Shown here piece after piece: positions 35,664-46,012 of a DNA stretch of 56,002 nucleotides. Made by a program: the position numbers and the translations under genes. Where the stretch lies: the NCBI GenBank assembly GCA_030595055.1, contig JAUVEB010000001.1:1-56002 (forward strand), written 5' to 3'. The notes under the pieces are model-generated. The model saw only the letters and a program-made list of their open reading frames with translations. It was not told where the DNA came from and did no database searches. Each line of letters opens with the position of its first letter. Positions within the stretch are counted from its first letter, which is position 1. Source of the stretch: Desulfuromonadaceae bacterium. Lineage in GTDB: Bacteria; Desulfobacterota; Desulfuromonadia; Desulfuromonadales; Geopsychrobacteraceae.

Positions 35664-37457
35664 TTACTCTTGCAATTCCTGACTGAGTGCCTCTAACTCA
35701 CCCAGTGTTTGCTTTAGCCGGATCTCTCGGCCGGCAGTCTCCCGCGAATGGGATTCACTGCGTTCCAGCGCCACCTCCATGGCCGTTCGCGTCGCCTCAA
35801 TGGTTTTTTCCAACTGTTCCTGCAACTTGGAACCAAACAATCGAAAACTTTCATCGAGGCTTCGCCGTACCGTCCAGTTGATCTGCTCAACATTCTGATT
35901 TATCAGCTTCCGACACTCTTCACGCAACCGTTCGACAGTTTTGCGTCGACGATATTTCTGGGTAAAAATTTTCCGTGAAAGCCGTTGGCCCAGTGGATCC
36001 ATATCAGAAACAAAAAGATCACTACTCCAAGAGGGAGCGGTAAAACCGGTGTAGGATGAATCGGCAGCAGGAGCATGATAGGGAATCTCAAACAATTCTG
36101 CGGCAGTTTGCCGTACCTGCTCAATCAAAGCGTTGCTCCGCTTTTGATTGAGAATCAACAGATCGGTTGCCACATGACGAACGACATCTGAAAGAGTCCG
36201 CATCGCCGGAGTGAAAAACGGAGCAATCTCCTCAGCCAGAATCCGGCGCACCAGGCGTTCCATCTCTTCCGGATCCCGAATTGAGCTCAAGGAGTTTTCG
36301 ACCTGCACGGTTATCTGCTCTTTTGCCCTGTTTCGAAGCTTTTCAATCTCTTCACTCAACCGGGCAATCGCCCGCTTTAAATCTCCGGCCAGCACATCTT
36401 GAACCGCCTGCCTCTCCCGTTCCACTGCCGGCAACGACTGACGGAACTGTGCTATACGCTCTTCCAGTTGAACTATCGGCAGTTTCAGCGCACTTAAGGA
36501 TAGCTGCAGCTGCATGATCGCCTCATTCACCAGATCGCCACAACGCCGCCGCAAAGCCAAATGCAAGGTCTGCTGTTTTTCTCGAGCGAAAAAATCAACC
36601 AGATTTTCTTCCACCTGAAGCATGCCGCTATCCCGCCAACCGGAAGCATCCCCGGCCAGTCGAGCGTTCAGTCCGGTTCGCGCTGAAATCGGCAACACCT
36701 GCGGGACTCCTTCACACAGCGGGGCCAATTGCTCAGCTAGAAATTTCAACGAGGCCAGTTGGTCATCGTCACTTAAAAAATCAACCTTATTGAGCAGAAA
36801 AAAAGTTCGCGGCAATTGTCGTTTGATCTGTTTCAGGTAACCCAGCTCCATCTCGGTGATGGGTGGGTCGGGAGAAACCAGAAACAGCGCCGCATCACAT
36901 TGCGGCAGAATCTGGTGAGCTACCTCAGTATTATGTTTCAGGGTTGAGCCGATCCCCGGAGTATCAATTAACACCACGCCCTGCTTCAACAGCTCAGCAG
37001 GATGACCGATTTCTACCCGTTCGACTTGGCGTTGATTACGCGGATTCCCCGATTCGGTGACATAATCACGTAAAAATTCACTGAGAGATCGCCCTTCCGT
37101 AGCAGTGAAAGAAATAGGTTCCAAATCAGAAAAGAAATGTACCTGCCCGGAGATCCGGTTGTCATGATGGATAAAAGTCGGAATCGCCGTCACCGGCAGA
37201 ATATCGGTCGGCAATAGATCATCGCCAAGCAATGCATTCAGTAAAGTACTTTTACCCCGCTTGAACTGACCCAGCACAGCCAGGTGAAAACGTCCTTCCA
37301 CCAGGCGCTGCTGCAAATAGCTTAGTTCGGAACAGTAGACGACATAATTCTCACCAAGTTCACCAAGGCAGGCAATGGTGCGGTTTATAAAATCAGGGAG
37401 CCCCTGAGTGGAATCCAAATCGGTGGGGGCTGATCCCTCCACAGGCAAATCGTGCAT
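35664..37457 (-). CDS. Bacterial dynamin-like GTPase
   Basis: G1 GQFKRGKS, G2 PVT, G3 DTPG and G4 NKVD; helical C-terminal stalk. Confidence 0.88.
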   Translation of the reverse strand: MHDLPVEGSAPTDLDSTQGLPDFINRTIACLGELGENYVVYCSELSYLQQRLVEGRFHLAVLGQFKRGKSTLLNALLGDDLLPTDILPVTAIPTFIHHDNRISGQVHFFSDLEPISFTATEGRSLSEFLRDYVTESGNPRNQRQVERVEIGHPAELLKQGVVLIDTPGIGSTLKHNTEVAHQILPQCDAALFLVSPDPPITEMELGYLKQIKRQLPRTFFLLNKVDFLSDDDQLASLKFLAEQLAPLCEGVPQVLPISARTGLNARLAGDASGWRDSGMLQVEENLVDFFAREKQQTLHLALRRRCGDLVNEAIMQLQLSLSALKLPIVQLEERIAQFRQSLPAVERERQAVQDVLAGDLKRAIARLSEEIEKLRNRAKEQITVQVENSLSSIRDPEEMERLVRRILAEEIAPFFTPAMRTLSDVVRHVATDLLILNQKRSNALIEQVRQTAAELFEIPYHAPAADSSYTGFTAPSWSSDLFVSDMDPLGQRLSRKIFTQKYRRRKTVERLREECRKLINQNVEQINWTVRRSLDESFRLFGSKLQEQLEKTIEATRTAMEVALERSESHSRETAGREIRLKQTLGELEALSQELQE

Positions 37458-37657
37458 TGCATATCCTCATTTTCCATAGCCACAGCAAACGGATAAGTTA
37501 TTAATGGGCTGCAGAATAGCACAATTTTCTCCATGTCGGGGAGGGGGAGAAAAGCAAACGAAGAAAATATCAGAACGTGGCATTGCTATCGGCCAAGCGG
37601 ACACGTAGAATTTACCTTCAGTAAACAAGGATCCGTTGACAAAAAAATTGGATTTTT

Positions 37658-38332
37658 TCAAACACTCTTTTTCCGCATAAAAACCACCAGAGCACCATCC
37701 CCACCATACTGTTTTGATGCTCGTCCCCATTCAGCAACCATTTTCTTTCCCTCAGCGTTCAGAAAGCGTTCCGCTTCATCACGCAACACCGCTTCCCCAT
37801 CGGCTGAATGCAATCCCCTGCCAGTGATAATCAGCAGGGTTTGCCAGCCTTGAAATTGCGCATCTTGCAGAAAAAAAAGGATTTTCTCCGCCACATCAAC
37901 TCGCAGCAGACCATGCAGATCAAGGGAAGCTTCAGGAATCAGTTTTCCTTGTCTGAGCTGCTTCATCCTCCTCGGCGATGCTGACGGCGGCCCCGCATCC
38001 TCTGGTAAATGCTCTCGAAAATCAACCTGCAACTCCCCCATCGCCTGCAGAAAAACATCTTCATCGCTCTGCGATGCAACGGGTTGAATGATTTCAGCTT
38101 TCATTCTTGAGCAATCATCCTCTTCATCAGTTACGGAATTGATCCGTTTGACCCCGAGCAACTCCATTTCTCCGGCAAAAGAACCGTAGATACCGGTAGA
38201 TTCTGACACAACAGGAGGATTCTGTTGCTTCTGTGCGATTTTGTCAGCAGCAGAAAACCCCTTCAGATCACTGAAGGGGTCGTTGTTGAAGCTCTTTTTT
38301 TTCACTGTGGCCGATTTTTTCTTCTTTGCCAT
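37658..38332 (-). CDS. Smr/MutS2 C-terminal domain protein
   Basis: LDLHG, IITGRGLHS and GGDGALVV motifs; GAGG before ATG 38332. Confidence 0.88.
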   Translation of the reverse strand: MAKKKKSATVKKKSFNNDPFSDLKGFSAADKIAQKQQNPPVVSESTGIYGSFAGEMELLGVKRINSVTDEEDDCSRMKAEIIQPVASQSDEDVFLQAMGELQVDFREHLPEDAGPPSASPRRMKQLRQGKLIPEASLDLHGLLRVDVAEKILFFLQDAQFQGWQTLLIITGRGLHSADGEAVLRDEAERFLNAEGKKMVAEWGRASKQYGGDGALVVFMRKKSV

Positions 38333-38384
38333 CGGGTCCTCTTTGTGTCCCACCTAATGTCCATTCGGCGTTTCCGGACGGAAA

Positions 38385-39110
38385 CTAACGAACAACCTGC
38401 TTGCGCCGACCGGTCATCATCTTGGTCTGCTTCTTGATAATGGCCCCCGGCTTCTCCAGGTGAAACTGATACCACGCATCGCCGAAACTCTTCATTTTCA
38501 TCTTTTTCCCAGCTTGTAACAGCTCGATGTTCTCCTGCAAACGCTCGTCTTTGGAGGATTTTTTAAAACCCTTCTGCAAAATACCGATCGCTTTCTGCCG
38601 CTCACCGACCTTGTCCAGGCAAAACGCGTAGAGCGCATAGATCATCGGTTCTTTCCGCGTACCGGAAACAGCCTTATTGAAAGTTGCGATCATCTTGTTC
38701 GTTTTGTTCTTTTTCATGTAGGCAATACCGAGCATCGCCATACCAACCCAATTGCGCACAAAGCCTTTTTCCAGATACGGAACAGCTTCGTTGAAATCAC
38801 GCTTCATGTAAAGAATGCTGCCGATCTGCGAATTGATCTGCTGCTTGGTATAAATCTGCCAGGCACCGTACTTAAATGCCGTCTTCAAGCTGCTGATCCC
38901 CTTCTCGGCGCGATTTGCCTGGACATCTCGCTGGGCAGCAGCCATCACCGCCCCAATTTTTTTCATAACAATGCGGCTTATGACGATAAAAGGAACAAAA
39001 AAGAACACGATCGAGACAGCCACGACAACCAACATATTGTCGGTCACAAACCTAACTATCAGCGCTGCAGACAGGGCAGACAGGGCAAGAGATATAAACA
39101 TGTTCAGCAT
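38385..39110 (-). CDS. Membrane-anchored TPR-like hypothetical protein
   Basis: Two N-terminal TM helices followed by TPR-like helices; AAGGA SD. Confidence 0.75.
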   Translation of the reverse strand: MLNMFISLALSALSAALIVRFVTDNMLVVVAVSIVFFFVPFIVISRIVMKKIGAVMAAAQRDVQANRAEKGISSLKTAFKYGAWQIYTKQQINSQIGSILYMKRDFNEAVPYLEKGFVRNWVGMAMLGIAYMKKNKTNKMIATFNKAVSGTRKEPMIYALYAFCLDKVGERQKAIGILQKGFKKSSKDERLQENIELLQAGKKMKMKSFGDAWYQFHLEKPGAIIKKQTKMMTGRRKQVVR

Positions 39111-39185
39111 GAAACGGAATCCTTTATCAATAAAATTCAAAATCAGAAGAAAAAAGGCCGAATGGCAACACATTTTCGGCGACAG

Positions 39186-39214
39186 ACTTTAACAATCTGC
39201 ACCCAAAATGTCAA
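39186..39214 (-). promoter_or_regulatory. Sigma70 promoter
   Basis: TTGACA-N17-TAAAGT with a TG extension on the minus strand. Confidence 0.65.
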
Positions 39215-39376
39215 AACAATCATTTTCACCAGGATCGCAATTAAGCCCATTCAAGCAAGCGATAAAACCGGCACCGAGTGCCATTCTTGAAGCTCCGGAG
39301 GGATACAAAAAAGTTTCCAAAGGGGAAACGAATTAACCCTGATGCTTTCTCAAAAAGCCTTAAGATGGCGACGCCA

Positions 39377-40999
39377 TCAACCCTGTCGGCTGGTCGGCAC
39401 CATCAGGGTTAATTTTTGTCCGGGGTGTAATATATTCCCGGAGGAAAGATGATTCCAAAGACGAATCATCCCGGTCTCAACTTCAAACCGGCGACCGATC
39501 CCCCAAAGGGTGTCGCCGGGCCGAACCTGATAAACCACTTTTTTTGCCGGGCCGGTTTTCCGGGCAACTTTGGTGACGGTCTTTTGCCGCGTTTTGGAGA
39601 CCGCCAGCTTTTGCCCCGGACGGATCAGGTTGCTCCAGCCAAGGCGGTTCCAGACACGTAACTGCTTCTCAGTCACACCAAAGCGGGAGGCAATGGTCCA
39701 GAGGCTATCCCCTCCACGAACGGTATAGGTACGACGTTTACTGCGAACATAGCTATCTGCCAGCTCATCCACCGGCAAACGGGTAAAGCCTTCTTTCAGG
39801 GGTAAAATCAGATTCGTACCAATCTGCAACGTGCGCGGATTACTGATCTTGTTCAGGGCCACGATATCATCAACCTGAATCCGATATTTATTTGCCAGCG
39901 CCCCAAGAGTGTCTCCCCGCTTGACCTGATGACGATGATAGCTGGCCCGTTGATCCGGGGATAATCCCGCGTAGAGTCTTTCAAACTGATCGCCTGTCCC
40001 CGCAGGAATTTTCAAGCGGAAGTTGGCTTCACCCGGCGGAGTACACCAGCGTTTCAACTCAGGATTGAGCGCTTTAATCTCATCGTAACTGACGTTACAA
40101 AATTGCGCGATGATTTCGAGATCGGTCGTCGTCGGAATCAAAACCGTTTCATATGCAGCAGGTTCCACAAGCTTGAGTCCGGTAAACCCGTGAGCATCCA
40201 GATCGCTGACAATTTCCAGTGCCGCAAGCAATTTCGGCAGGTAATTGCGCGTCTCTTCACGAAGAATTTTTCCCTCGGTTAAAATCCAGAAGTCACGACT
40301 TTTGCTCGACTTGACGGCCTTACGGACTTTCCCGCCACCCGCATTGTAAGCAGCAACTGCAAGATACCAATCACCGTCAAAACGGCTATAGAGGTACTTT
40401 AGATGCTTGGCTGCAGCCCGAGTGGACCTTTCGATATCACAGCGATCATCCCGCCACCAATCATTTTTCAAGCCATAAAACTTCCCGGTGCTTTCGATAA
40501 ATTGCCAGGGGCCGGCAGCATGTGCCCAACTGTAGGCATGCACGTTAAATCCGGACTCGATCATCGCCAGGTAAGCCAGATCGAGGGGCACTCCCTCTTC
40601 GGCAAAGATCTCCTGAATTCCCGGGACATAACGCCCGGCACGTTCCAGCCAGCGCCCAAATGTTTTACGACCGTTACCGGTATAAAATTTGCGCAGCTTG
40701 TCGACTCGTCGATGATCACTGAGGGGGAAATCCCCATAGTAGGGTAAAGGTGCCGGTAGGGCGAGCTCTTCGATCACAGGCTCTGTGGCAGCAATTGTTT
40801 CTACCATGGACAAACGTTCGTCATCAGTACCGGAAATTTCTGTCGTTTCAGACGCGATTTCCTCAATAACCGGAGCAACTTCTGAAGCGGCAACAACAGA
40901 ATTATCTTCAACTGCCGGGGCAAGGTGTTTGACCTGCGGTTGTGTGGCAGGCCAGCAGCCGACAAGCAGAAAAAGCAGCAGAGGGAAAAGCGATTTCAT
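39377..40999 (-). CDS. mltD: Lipoprotein lytic murein transglycosylase with three LysM domains
   Basis: Lipobox LVGC; AMIES, AAGPWQFI, AAYNAG and ETRNY motifs; 3 LysM repeats. Confidence 0.9.
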   Translation of the reverse strand: MKSLFPLLLFLLVGCWPATQPQVKHLAPAVEDNSVVAASEVAPVIEEIASETTEISGTDDERLSMVETIAATEPVIEELALPAPLPYYGDFPLSDHRRVDKLRKFYTGNGRKTFGRWLERAGRYVPGIQEIFAEEGVPLDLAYLAMIESGFNVHAYSWAHAAGPWQFIESTGKFYGLKNDWWRDDRCDIERSTRAAAKHLKYLYSRFDGDWYLAVAAYNAGGGKVRKAVKSSKSRDFWILTEGKILREETRNYLPKLLAALEIVSDLDAHGFTGLKLVEPAAYETVLIPTTTDLEIIAQFCNVSYDEIKALNPELKRWCTPPGEANFRLKIPAGTGDQFERLYAGLSPDQRASYHRHQVKRGDTLGALANKYRIQVDDIVALNKISNPRTLQIGTNLILPLKEGFTRLPVDELADSYVRSKRRTYTVRGGDSLWTIASRFGVTEKQLRVWNRLGWSNLIRPGQKLAVSKTRQKTVTKVARKTGPAKKVVYQVRPGDTLWGIGRRFEVETGMIRLWNHLSSGNILHPGQKLTLMVPTSRQG

Positions 41000-41100
41000 C
41001 TTTTATATAACTCCATAAAGGGTACTGTTGTCACAAAAAAGTCGGAAAATATCGTTCGCAGATTACTGGATAGCGACCGTCACTGTCAAGTCAGGTCGCT

Positions 41101-42732
41101 CTATTCAGCCGGCGCTTCCGGCCAAAAACGGCGCTGTAACTCTTCAAGTAAAGGCTTGAAAGTGCTGCGATCAAAAGCCGATAGCGGGATGGCTTGGTAA
41201 CGTCGACAGAGATGCGGCACATCCGCCGCATCAACCTGATCGACTTTATTGAACACCAGCAGTTGCCGCCGCGTGCCGAGATCGAGATCCACAAGAATCT
41301 TTTCGACGGAAGCGATCTGTTCGTTAAATCGCGGATTCGACAAATCGACCAGATGCAGCAACAGGTCGGCATCCTCCAGTTCCTCGAGGGTGGCCTTGAA
41401 AGCCCCCATCAGGCTCTGCGGCAGATCCCGGATAAACCCGACGGTATCAGTGATGATCACCTCCCGATCAAGGGGAAAGCGCAATCTCCGAGTCGAAGTA
41501 TCAAGGGTCGCAAACAACAGGTTCTCGGTGAATACTTTACTCTGTGTCAAGGCGTTAAGCAGGGTCGACTTGCCGGCGTTTGTGTAACCGACAATCGAGA
41601 CGATCGGCAGCCCGGCCCGCACCCTTTTCTGCCGCCGCTGTAAACGGCCGCGCCCGAGCGAATCAAGTTGTTTTTCCAATCGCCGGATCTTGTCGCGGAT
41701 GCGACGCCGGTCAATCTCCAATTTTGTTTCCCCGGGGCCGCGACCACCGATACCACCCATCAACCGCGACATGGCCGTTCCCTTGCCGGTCAAGCGCGGT
41801 AAAATGTACTTGAGCTGGGCCAACTCCACCTGAACCTTGCCGTCGCGGGACTGGGCCCGATTAGCAAAAATATCGAGAATCAATTGGGTGCGATCGATAA
41901 CCTTCATTTCGGTCACTTCGCTGATGGAGCGCACCTGATTGGGTGTCAAATCCCGATCAAAAACCAACAGGGTCGCCCGTCGCTGCAGGGCACTGATGAC
42001 AATTTCACGCAGTTTCCCCGCCCCGACCAGGTAACGGGGATTGAGTTTGCGAGGTCGTTGCATCATCTTATCGATAACAGCAAGATCGGCGGTTCGAGCC
42101 AACTCTTCCAGTTCAGCCATTGAATCTTCACTCTGCTGCCGTGAACCCGTGGCAACCGATATCAACAACGCCCTTTCACGATTGTCCGACAGATCAACCG
42201 TTTCGCCGGCAACCCGCTCCATCCCCTGATCGAGGGCGTGAATAAAAGCAGAAAAATCAAGCTGTAACTGGTAAAAATCATCCAGCTCAACGGTCTCGAT
42301 CTGGGCGTTTTTTTCCGTCGGCAATAGATGGGCATATTCAAACCGCCCCGGTAAACCGTCCTCGCGCACCCCAATTACTGCCAGCAGGTCCAGGCGTAAC
42401 AACTCAAGGTCGGTCAGATCATCACGGCTTAAGGGCTCCTGCTTCAGATGGGTGTGAACACAGCGCAAGCCGCGCAGACCGCTACGGCCAAGGCTGTACT
42501 TGGCAAGATCGGGGATGACGATTTCGCGGTCATCACCAACGATGACATATTGCACGACACCGGCTCGATCGATCACCACTCCGACCTGACGCTGAATTTC
42601 GCGGGACAGCTCGGTCAGGTAGCGTGCCAGTTCGTCGGTAATCAGCTCGGTTGCCGGAATCTTCCGTCGGTAAATGCGTTCCAGCGCTTTGATCTGGCCG
42701 GCCTTAAGGCCGCCGGTTTTCCCTTCGATCAT
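41101..42732 (-). CDS. hflX: GTPase HflX (long form)
   Basis: DRTQLILDIF, GPGETKLE, GYTNAGKS, DTVGFI and NKVD motifs. Confidence 0.95.
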   Translation of the reverse strand: MIEGKTGGLKAGQIKALERIYRRKIPATELITDELARYLTELSREIQRQVGVVIDRAGVVQYVIVGDDREIVIPDLAKYSLGRSGLRGLRCVHTHLKQEPLSRDDLTDLELLRLDLLAVIGVREDGLPGRFEYAHLLPTEKNAQIETVELDDFYQLQLDFSAFIHALDQGMERVAGETVDLSDNRERALLISVATGSRQQSEDSMAELEELARTADLAVIDKMMQRPRKLNPRYLVGAGKLREIVISALQRRATLLVFDRDLTPNQVRSISEVTEMKVIDRTQLILDIFANRAQSRDGKVQVELAQLKYILPRLTGKGTAMSRLMGGIGGRGPGETKLEIDRRRIRDKIRRLEKQLDSLGRGRLQRRQKRVRAGLPIVSIVGYTNAGKSTLLNALTQSKVFTENLLFATLDTSTRRLRFPLDREVIITDTVGFIRDLPQSLMGAFKATLEELEDADLLLHLVDLSNPRFNEQIASVEKILVDLDLGTRRQLLVFNKVDQVDAADVPHLCRRYQAIPLSAFDRSTFKPLLEELQRRFWPEAPAE

Positions 42733-42750
42733 TTAACCACCCGAAAATGA

Positions 42751-42776
42751 GGAAAGGCCCCGAACGGGGCCCTTCC
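42751..42776. terminator. GC-rich hairpin between fabI and hflX
   Basis: GGAAAGGCCCCG-AA-CGGGGCCCTTCC with no clear U-tract. Confidence 0.4.
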
Positions 42777-42818
42777 AGATAAAATTTGCAGCAGACTCAT
42801 GGATAATCCGCCACCCGC

Positions 42819-42986
42819 CTAGGAGGTTGTCCGAGAATACGAGCCGTAGCGAGAAATCGGCTGTTCGAGGGCAGATTTTCGTAGGTTTGAGAGCGAATAG
42901 CACCGCTATTTGTCGAAAACATACGGAAATATGAACCGATCAGGCGGTTTCGCAGTAGGTTCTTGTATTGTCAGACAGCCTCCTAG
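42819..42986. mobile_element. MITE, third family, bounded by CTAG
   Basis: TAGGAGGTTGTCCGAGAATAC / GTATTGTCAGACAGCCTCCTA (18/21); CTAG at both ends; self-complementary interior. Confidence 0.8.
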
Positions 42987-43750
42987 CCGGCAGCAATATT
43001 GAAACCACCATCAACATAGTGAACTTCACCGGTAACACCGGAAGCCAGATCGGACAACAGATAAAGGCTGGCCTTACCGATATCCTTCTGAGTGACCAGC
43101 CGACACAGAGGAGACCGTTCCTCGGCAATCCGCAATTTTTCCTTAAAGTCGGCAATCCCGGATGCGGCCAGAGTCTTGATCGGACCTGCGGACACGGCAT
43201 TGACCCGAATCCCCTTTTCACCCAATTCGGCCGCCAGATAACGTACGCAGGATTCCAGCGCCGCCTTCGCAACACCCATAACATTATAAGCCGGCACAGT
43301 GCGAACCGAGCCAAGATAGGTCATGGTGATAATACTGCCCCCCTCATTCAGAACCGGCATGGCGCAACGGGTGACCGCCACCAGTGAATATGCGCTGACA
43401 TCAAGGGCCAACTGGAAACCTTCACGGCTGGTCTGACTGAAGGGGTTCTTCAAGTCTTCGCGGTTCGCAAAGGCCACCGCGTGAACAACAAAATCAATTT
43501 TCCCCCATTGTTTTTCCAACTCACTGAAAACCGCCACCAGCTGCTCTTCCTGCTGGACATCGCAAGGCAGGACGATCTTGGAACCAAGACTCTCAGCCAG
43601 CGGCCGAACGCGTTTTTCCAGCGGCCCGTTCAAAAATGTAAACGCCAGCTCGGCACCCTCAGCAGACAACTGCTGGGCAACCCCCCAAGCAATGCTTTTA
43701 TCATTGGCAACGCCAAAGATAATTCCCCGTTTTCCGGTCATCAGTCCCAT
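42983..43750 (-). CDS. fabI: Enoyl-ACP reductase
   Basis: GVANDKSIAWG, YNVMGVAKAALE and SAGPIKTLA motifs. Confidence 0.95.
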   Translation of the reverse strand: MGLMTGKRGIIFGVANDKSIAWGVAQQLSAEGAELAFTFLNGPLEKRVRPLAESLGSKIVLPCDVQQEEQLVAVFSELEKQWGKIDFVVHAVAFANREDLKNPFSQTSREGFQLALDVSAYSLVAVTRCAMPVLNEGGSIITMTYLGSVRTVPAYNVMGVAKAALESCVRYLAAELGEKGIRVNAVSAGPIKTLAASGIADFKEKLRIAEERSPLCRLVTQKDIGKASLYLLSDLASGVTGEVHYVDGGFNIAAG

Positions 43751-43853
43751 GATTCGTCTGTCTCCTTGAACTCAGTGTAAAGAATGGTTCCTTTTAGCAA
43801 AACTCCCCTGAGAAGGCAAGCCGATTGACGGTTACACAACCGCATGGCGGCAA

Positions 43854-43890
43854 TGACGTGGTCAAGTAAAAGTGGACAGTTTTGTTTGGA
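43854..43890. mobile_element. Isolated IS3-family-like terminal inverted repeat
   Basis: TGACGTGGTCAAGTAAAAGTGGACA resembles recalled IS911/IS3 ends (5'-TG...TGG(A/C)CA); no transposase nearby. Confidence 0.5.
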
Positions 43891-43894
43891 CAGT

Positions 43895-43939
43895 AAAAAA
43901 ACGCTGCAACACAGTAGGTCGGACTTTTTGCGGGCATCA
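43895..43939 (+). repeat. Right-end fragment of the 13510-13661 MITE family
   Basis: AAAAAAACGCTGCAACACAGTAGGTCGGACTTTTTGCG matches ~13616-13652 with 2 mismatches. Confidence 0.85.
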
Positions 43940-43945
43940 CCCTTC

Positions 43946-45142
43946 CTATTGTTTCACGCTGATGACAAATTTCAGGTAACGCCCCTCAGGAAAAGTCACC
44001 GGGCAAGGAAAATCCTCCGGTTGACCAGCCGTGAAAATGGTCCGTAGGTCACTGTCAGTTTGCAACGCCCCACGGCGCAACTCTTTCAAATAGTCATCCA
44101 TTGAAACCTTCTGGTGGTTGGACGAACTCATCAGCAAACCGCCTTCTTCCAACAGCGGCAGGGTTTCTGTGACCAGCTTGGCGGTGCCGCCATGGGTGGA
44201 AAAACGACTCTTCTTAGTGGTAGAAAAGGAGGGAGGATCAAACAGGATAATGTCAAAACACCGTCCCTGTTCATGCATTTTGCTCAGTTCCGCAAAAACA
44301 TCCCCGACAATAAATTCATGACGCTTGGGATTGAACCGATTGAGCGAAAAATTCTCGCGAGCAATATTCAGGTATTTTAGCGAGACATCAACGCTGGTCA
44401 CCTGCTTCGCTCCGGCCGCAACCGCAGCCACCGAAAACGCCCCGGTAAAAGCGAACAGATTGAGTACCCGTTTACCGGCTGCGCGAGCCATCAGTTCACG
44501 CCGATTGCGGCGCTGGTCAGGGAAAAGTCCCGTGTTCAACCCTTCGCGCAGGTCAACATAGTAGGCCAGCCCATTCTCCTGCACCGGTAACGGTACCGGC
44601 GCGGCAACACCGGCGATCAACCGACTGTATTCCTTACTGCGGCTTCTGGCTTCCAGTTTCCGGGTTTCCCGGGGACGTAATTTCCGGTAAATGCCACGCG
44701 GCTGAAAAATCTGCTGCAGTGCGCTCTGCAAAACCGGCAGGTGAAGATCCCAAGCATCGGTATAAAGTTGCACCATCAGGTAGTCGCCATAGCGATCGAC
44801 AGTGATTCCCGGAAGGCCATCCCCTTCACCATTGACCAGCCGATAGGAGTCGGTCTCCTCCAGCAGGGCATGCTGCAGGCGCAACTGCTTGGCAGCACGC
44901 AGCTTTACCTCCAGCCAGAGGCTATCCAGCTGAATATTTTTACGGCCAAGCACCCGGGCAACAATCCGGTTATGCGGGTCATACAAAGCGGTTGCCAGAT
45001 GCCGATCCTTTTCATCAGCCAGGGAAATCAGCTCCCCACTCTTGCCGGCCGGCCATTGCTTGGTAAAACGATCGGCAATCACCCAGGGGTGCCCAAGCTC
45101 CAGCATACGCACCGTATCCGATCCAACCCGGCATTTTTTCAT
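43946..45142 (-). CDS. Class I SAM-dependent rRNA methyltransferase (RlmI/RlmK-like)
   Basis: GHPWV, EGDGLPG, TGLFPDQR, LNLFAFTG and DPPSF motifs; GGAGG SD. Confidence 0.9.
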   Translation of the reverse strand: MKKCRVGSDTVRMLELGHPWVIADRFTKQWPAGKSGELISLADEKDRHLATALYDPHNRIVARVLGRKNIQLDSLWLEVKLRAAKQLRLQHALLEETDSYRLVNGEGDGLPGITVDRYGDYLMVQLYTDAWDLHLPVLQSALQQIFQPRGIYRKLRPRETRKLEARSRSKEYSRLIAGVAAPVPLPVQENGLAYYVDLREGLNTGLFPDQRRNRRELMARAAGKRVLNLFAFTGAFSVAAVAAGAKQVTSVDVSLKYLNIARENFSLNRFNPKRHEFIVGDVFAELSKMHEQGRCFDIILFDPPSFSTTKKSRFSTHGGTAKLVTETLPLLEEGGLLMSSSNHQKVSMDDYLKELRRGALQTDSDLRTIFTAGQPEDFPCPVTFPEGRYLKFVISVKQ

Positions 45143-45264
45143 ACATCCTCCTGAAAGAGGCTGAATTTTACCTGAGCTACCGAATAAGGCAAGTAAAACT
45201 CCCGGCACAGCAACGTACAGCTGTGCTATCGTACGCACAATCGGTAAAATCATGGAGCAGAACA

Positions 45265-45930
45265 ATGCGCGAAGCCCCAAAAAGTAAAAACGAACTGATC
45301 ATCGAACAACTGATGCACGAACTCGATCCAAGTTCACCCCGTTACCGGGTGCTGGCCGTCGCCCGGCAGTTCAAATCCTCCTGGGTGGAACTGGGCGAAC
45401 AACTGATCAAAGTGAAGAATCAGGGAGAATTTCAAGACTGGGGCTACGAATCATTCGATGACTACTGCTCGCGGGAGATCCGTATCCGCAAAGAAACCGC
45501 CCGCAAATTGACCCTGGCGTACCGCTATCTGGAACAGGAGGAACCGGCCCTGCTCGGTGCCGAACGCCGTCTGCAACCGCTCCCCGATTACCGTTCCATC
45601 GACCTGCTGCGCCAGGCATGCGAGGAACAACAGTTTTCCGCTGAAGAGTATGCCCAACTGCGGGCAACGGTTATTGAGCAGGAACGCAGCCTGCCGACGG
45701 TACAGAAACAGTTTCGCGAAGTGGCGCGTGTCCGAAATCAAACACAGCTCGATCCACTCAAACAGGTCCGTTTAACCCTGACCACAGCCCGGCGGCTGAA
45801 AAATCATCTTTCATCCTTGCCCGAGTTTCCGGGTGAACATTTAGAAAATTTGCTCGAAATGGTGAAAAGACTGGAAGATCAGGAGTCAGAATTGATCAAT
45901 CAGCAGGATTCGTCTCATCAGACGAATTAA
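45265..45930 (+). CDS. Hypothetical protein
   Basis: 221-aa ORF with GGAG SD; helical; contains FKSSWVELG and WGYESFDDYC segments. Confidence 0.8.
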   Translation: MREAPKSKNELIIEQLMHELDPSSPRYRVLAVARQFKSSWVELGEQLIKVKNQGEFQDWGYESFDDYCSREIRIRKETARKLTLAYRYLEQEEPALLGAERRLQPLPDYRSIDLLRQACEEQQFSAEEYAQLRATVIEQERSLPTVQKQFREVARVRNQTQLDPLKQVRLTLTTARRLKNHLSSLPEFPGEHLENLLEMVKRLEDQESELINQQDSSHQTN

Positions 45931-46012
45931 AAAATACCGTTCCGGTCAAATACCTCCAAAACTTTTTACATTTCAATGCTATACTCTTGCAGATATTTTT
46001 GGGAGGATTTGA

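Noticed and set aside
42940-43314. ORF extending from fabI into the MITE
   Set aside because: An alternate-frame artefact; fabI ends normally at the TAG at 42983-42985.
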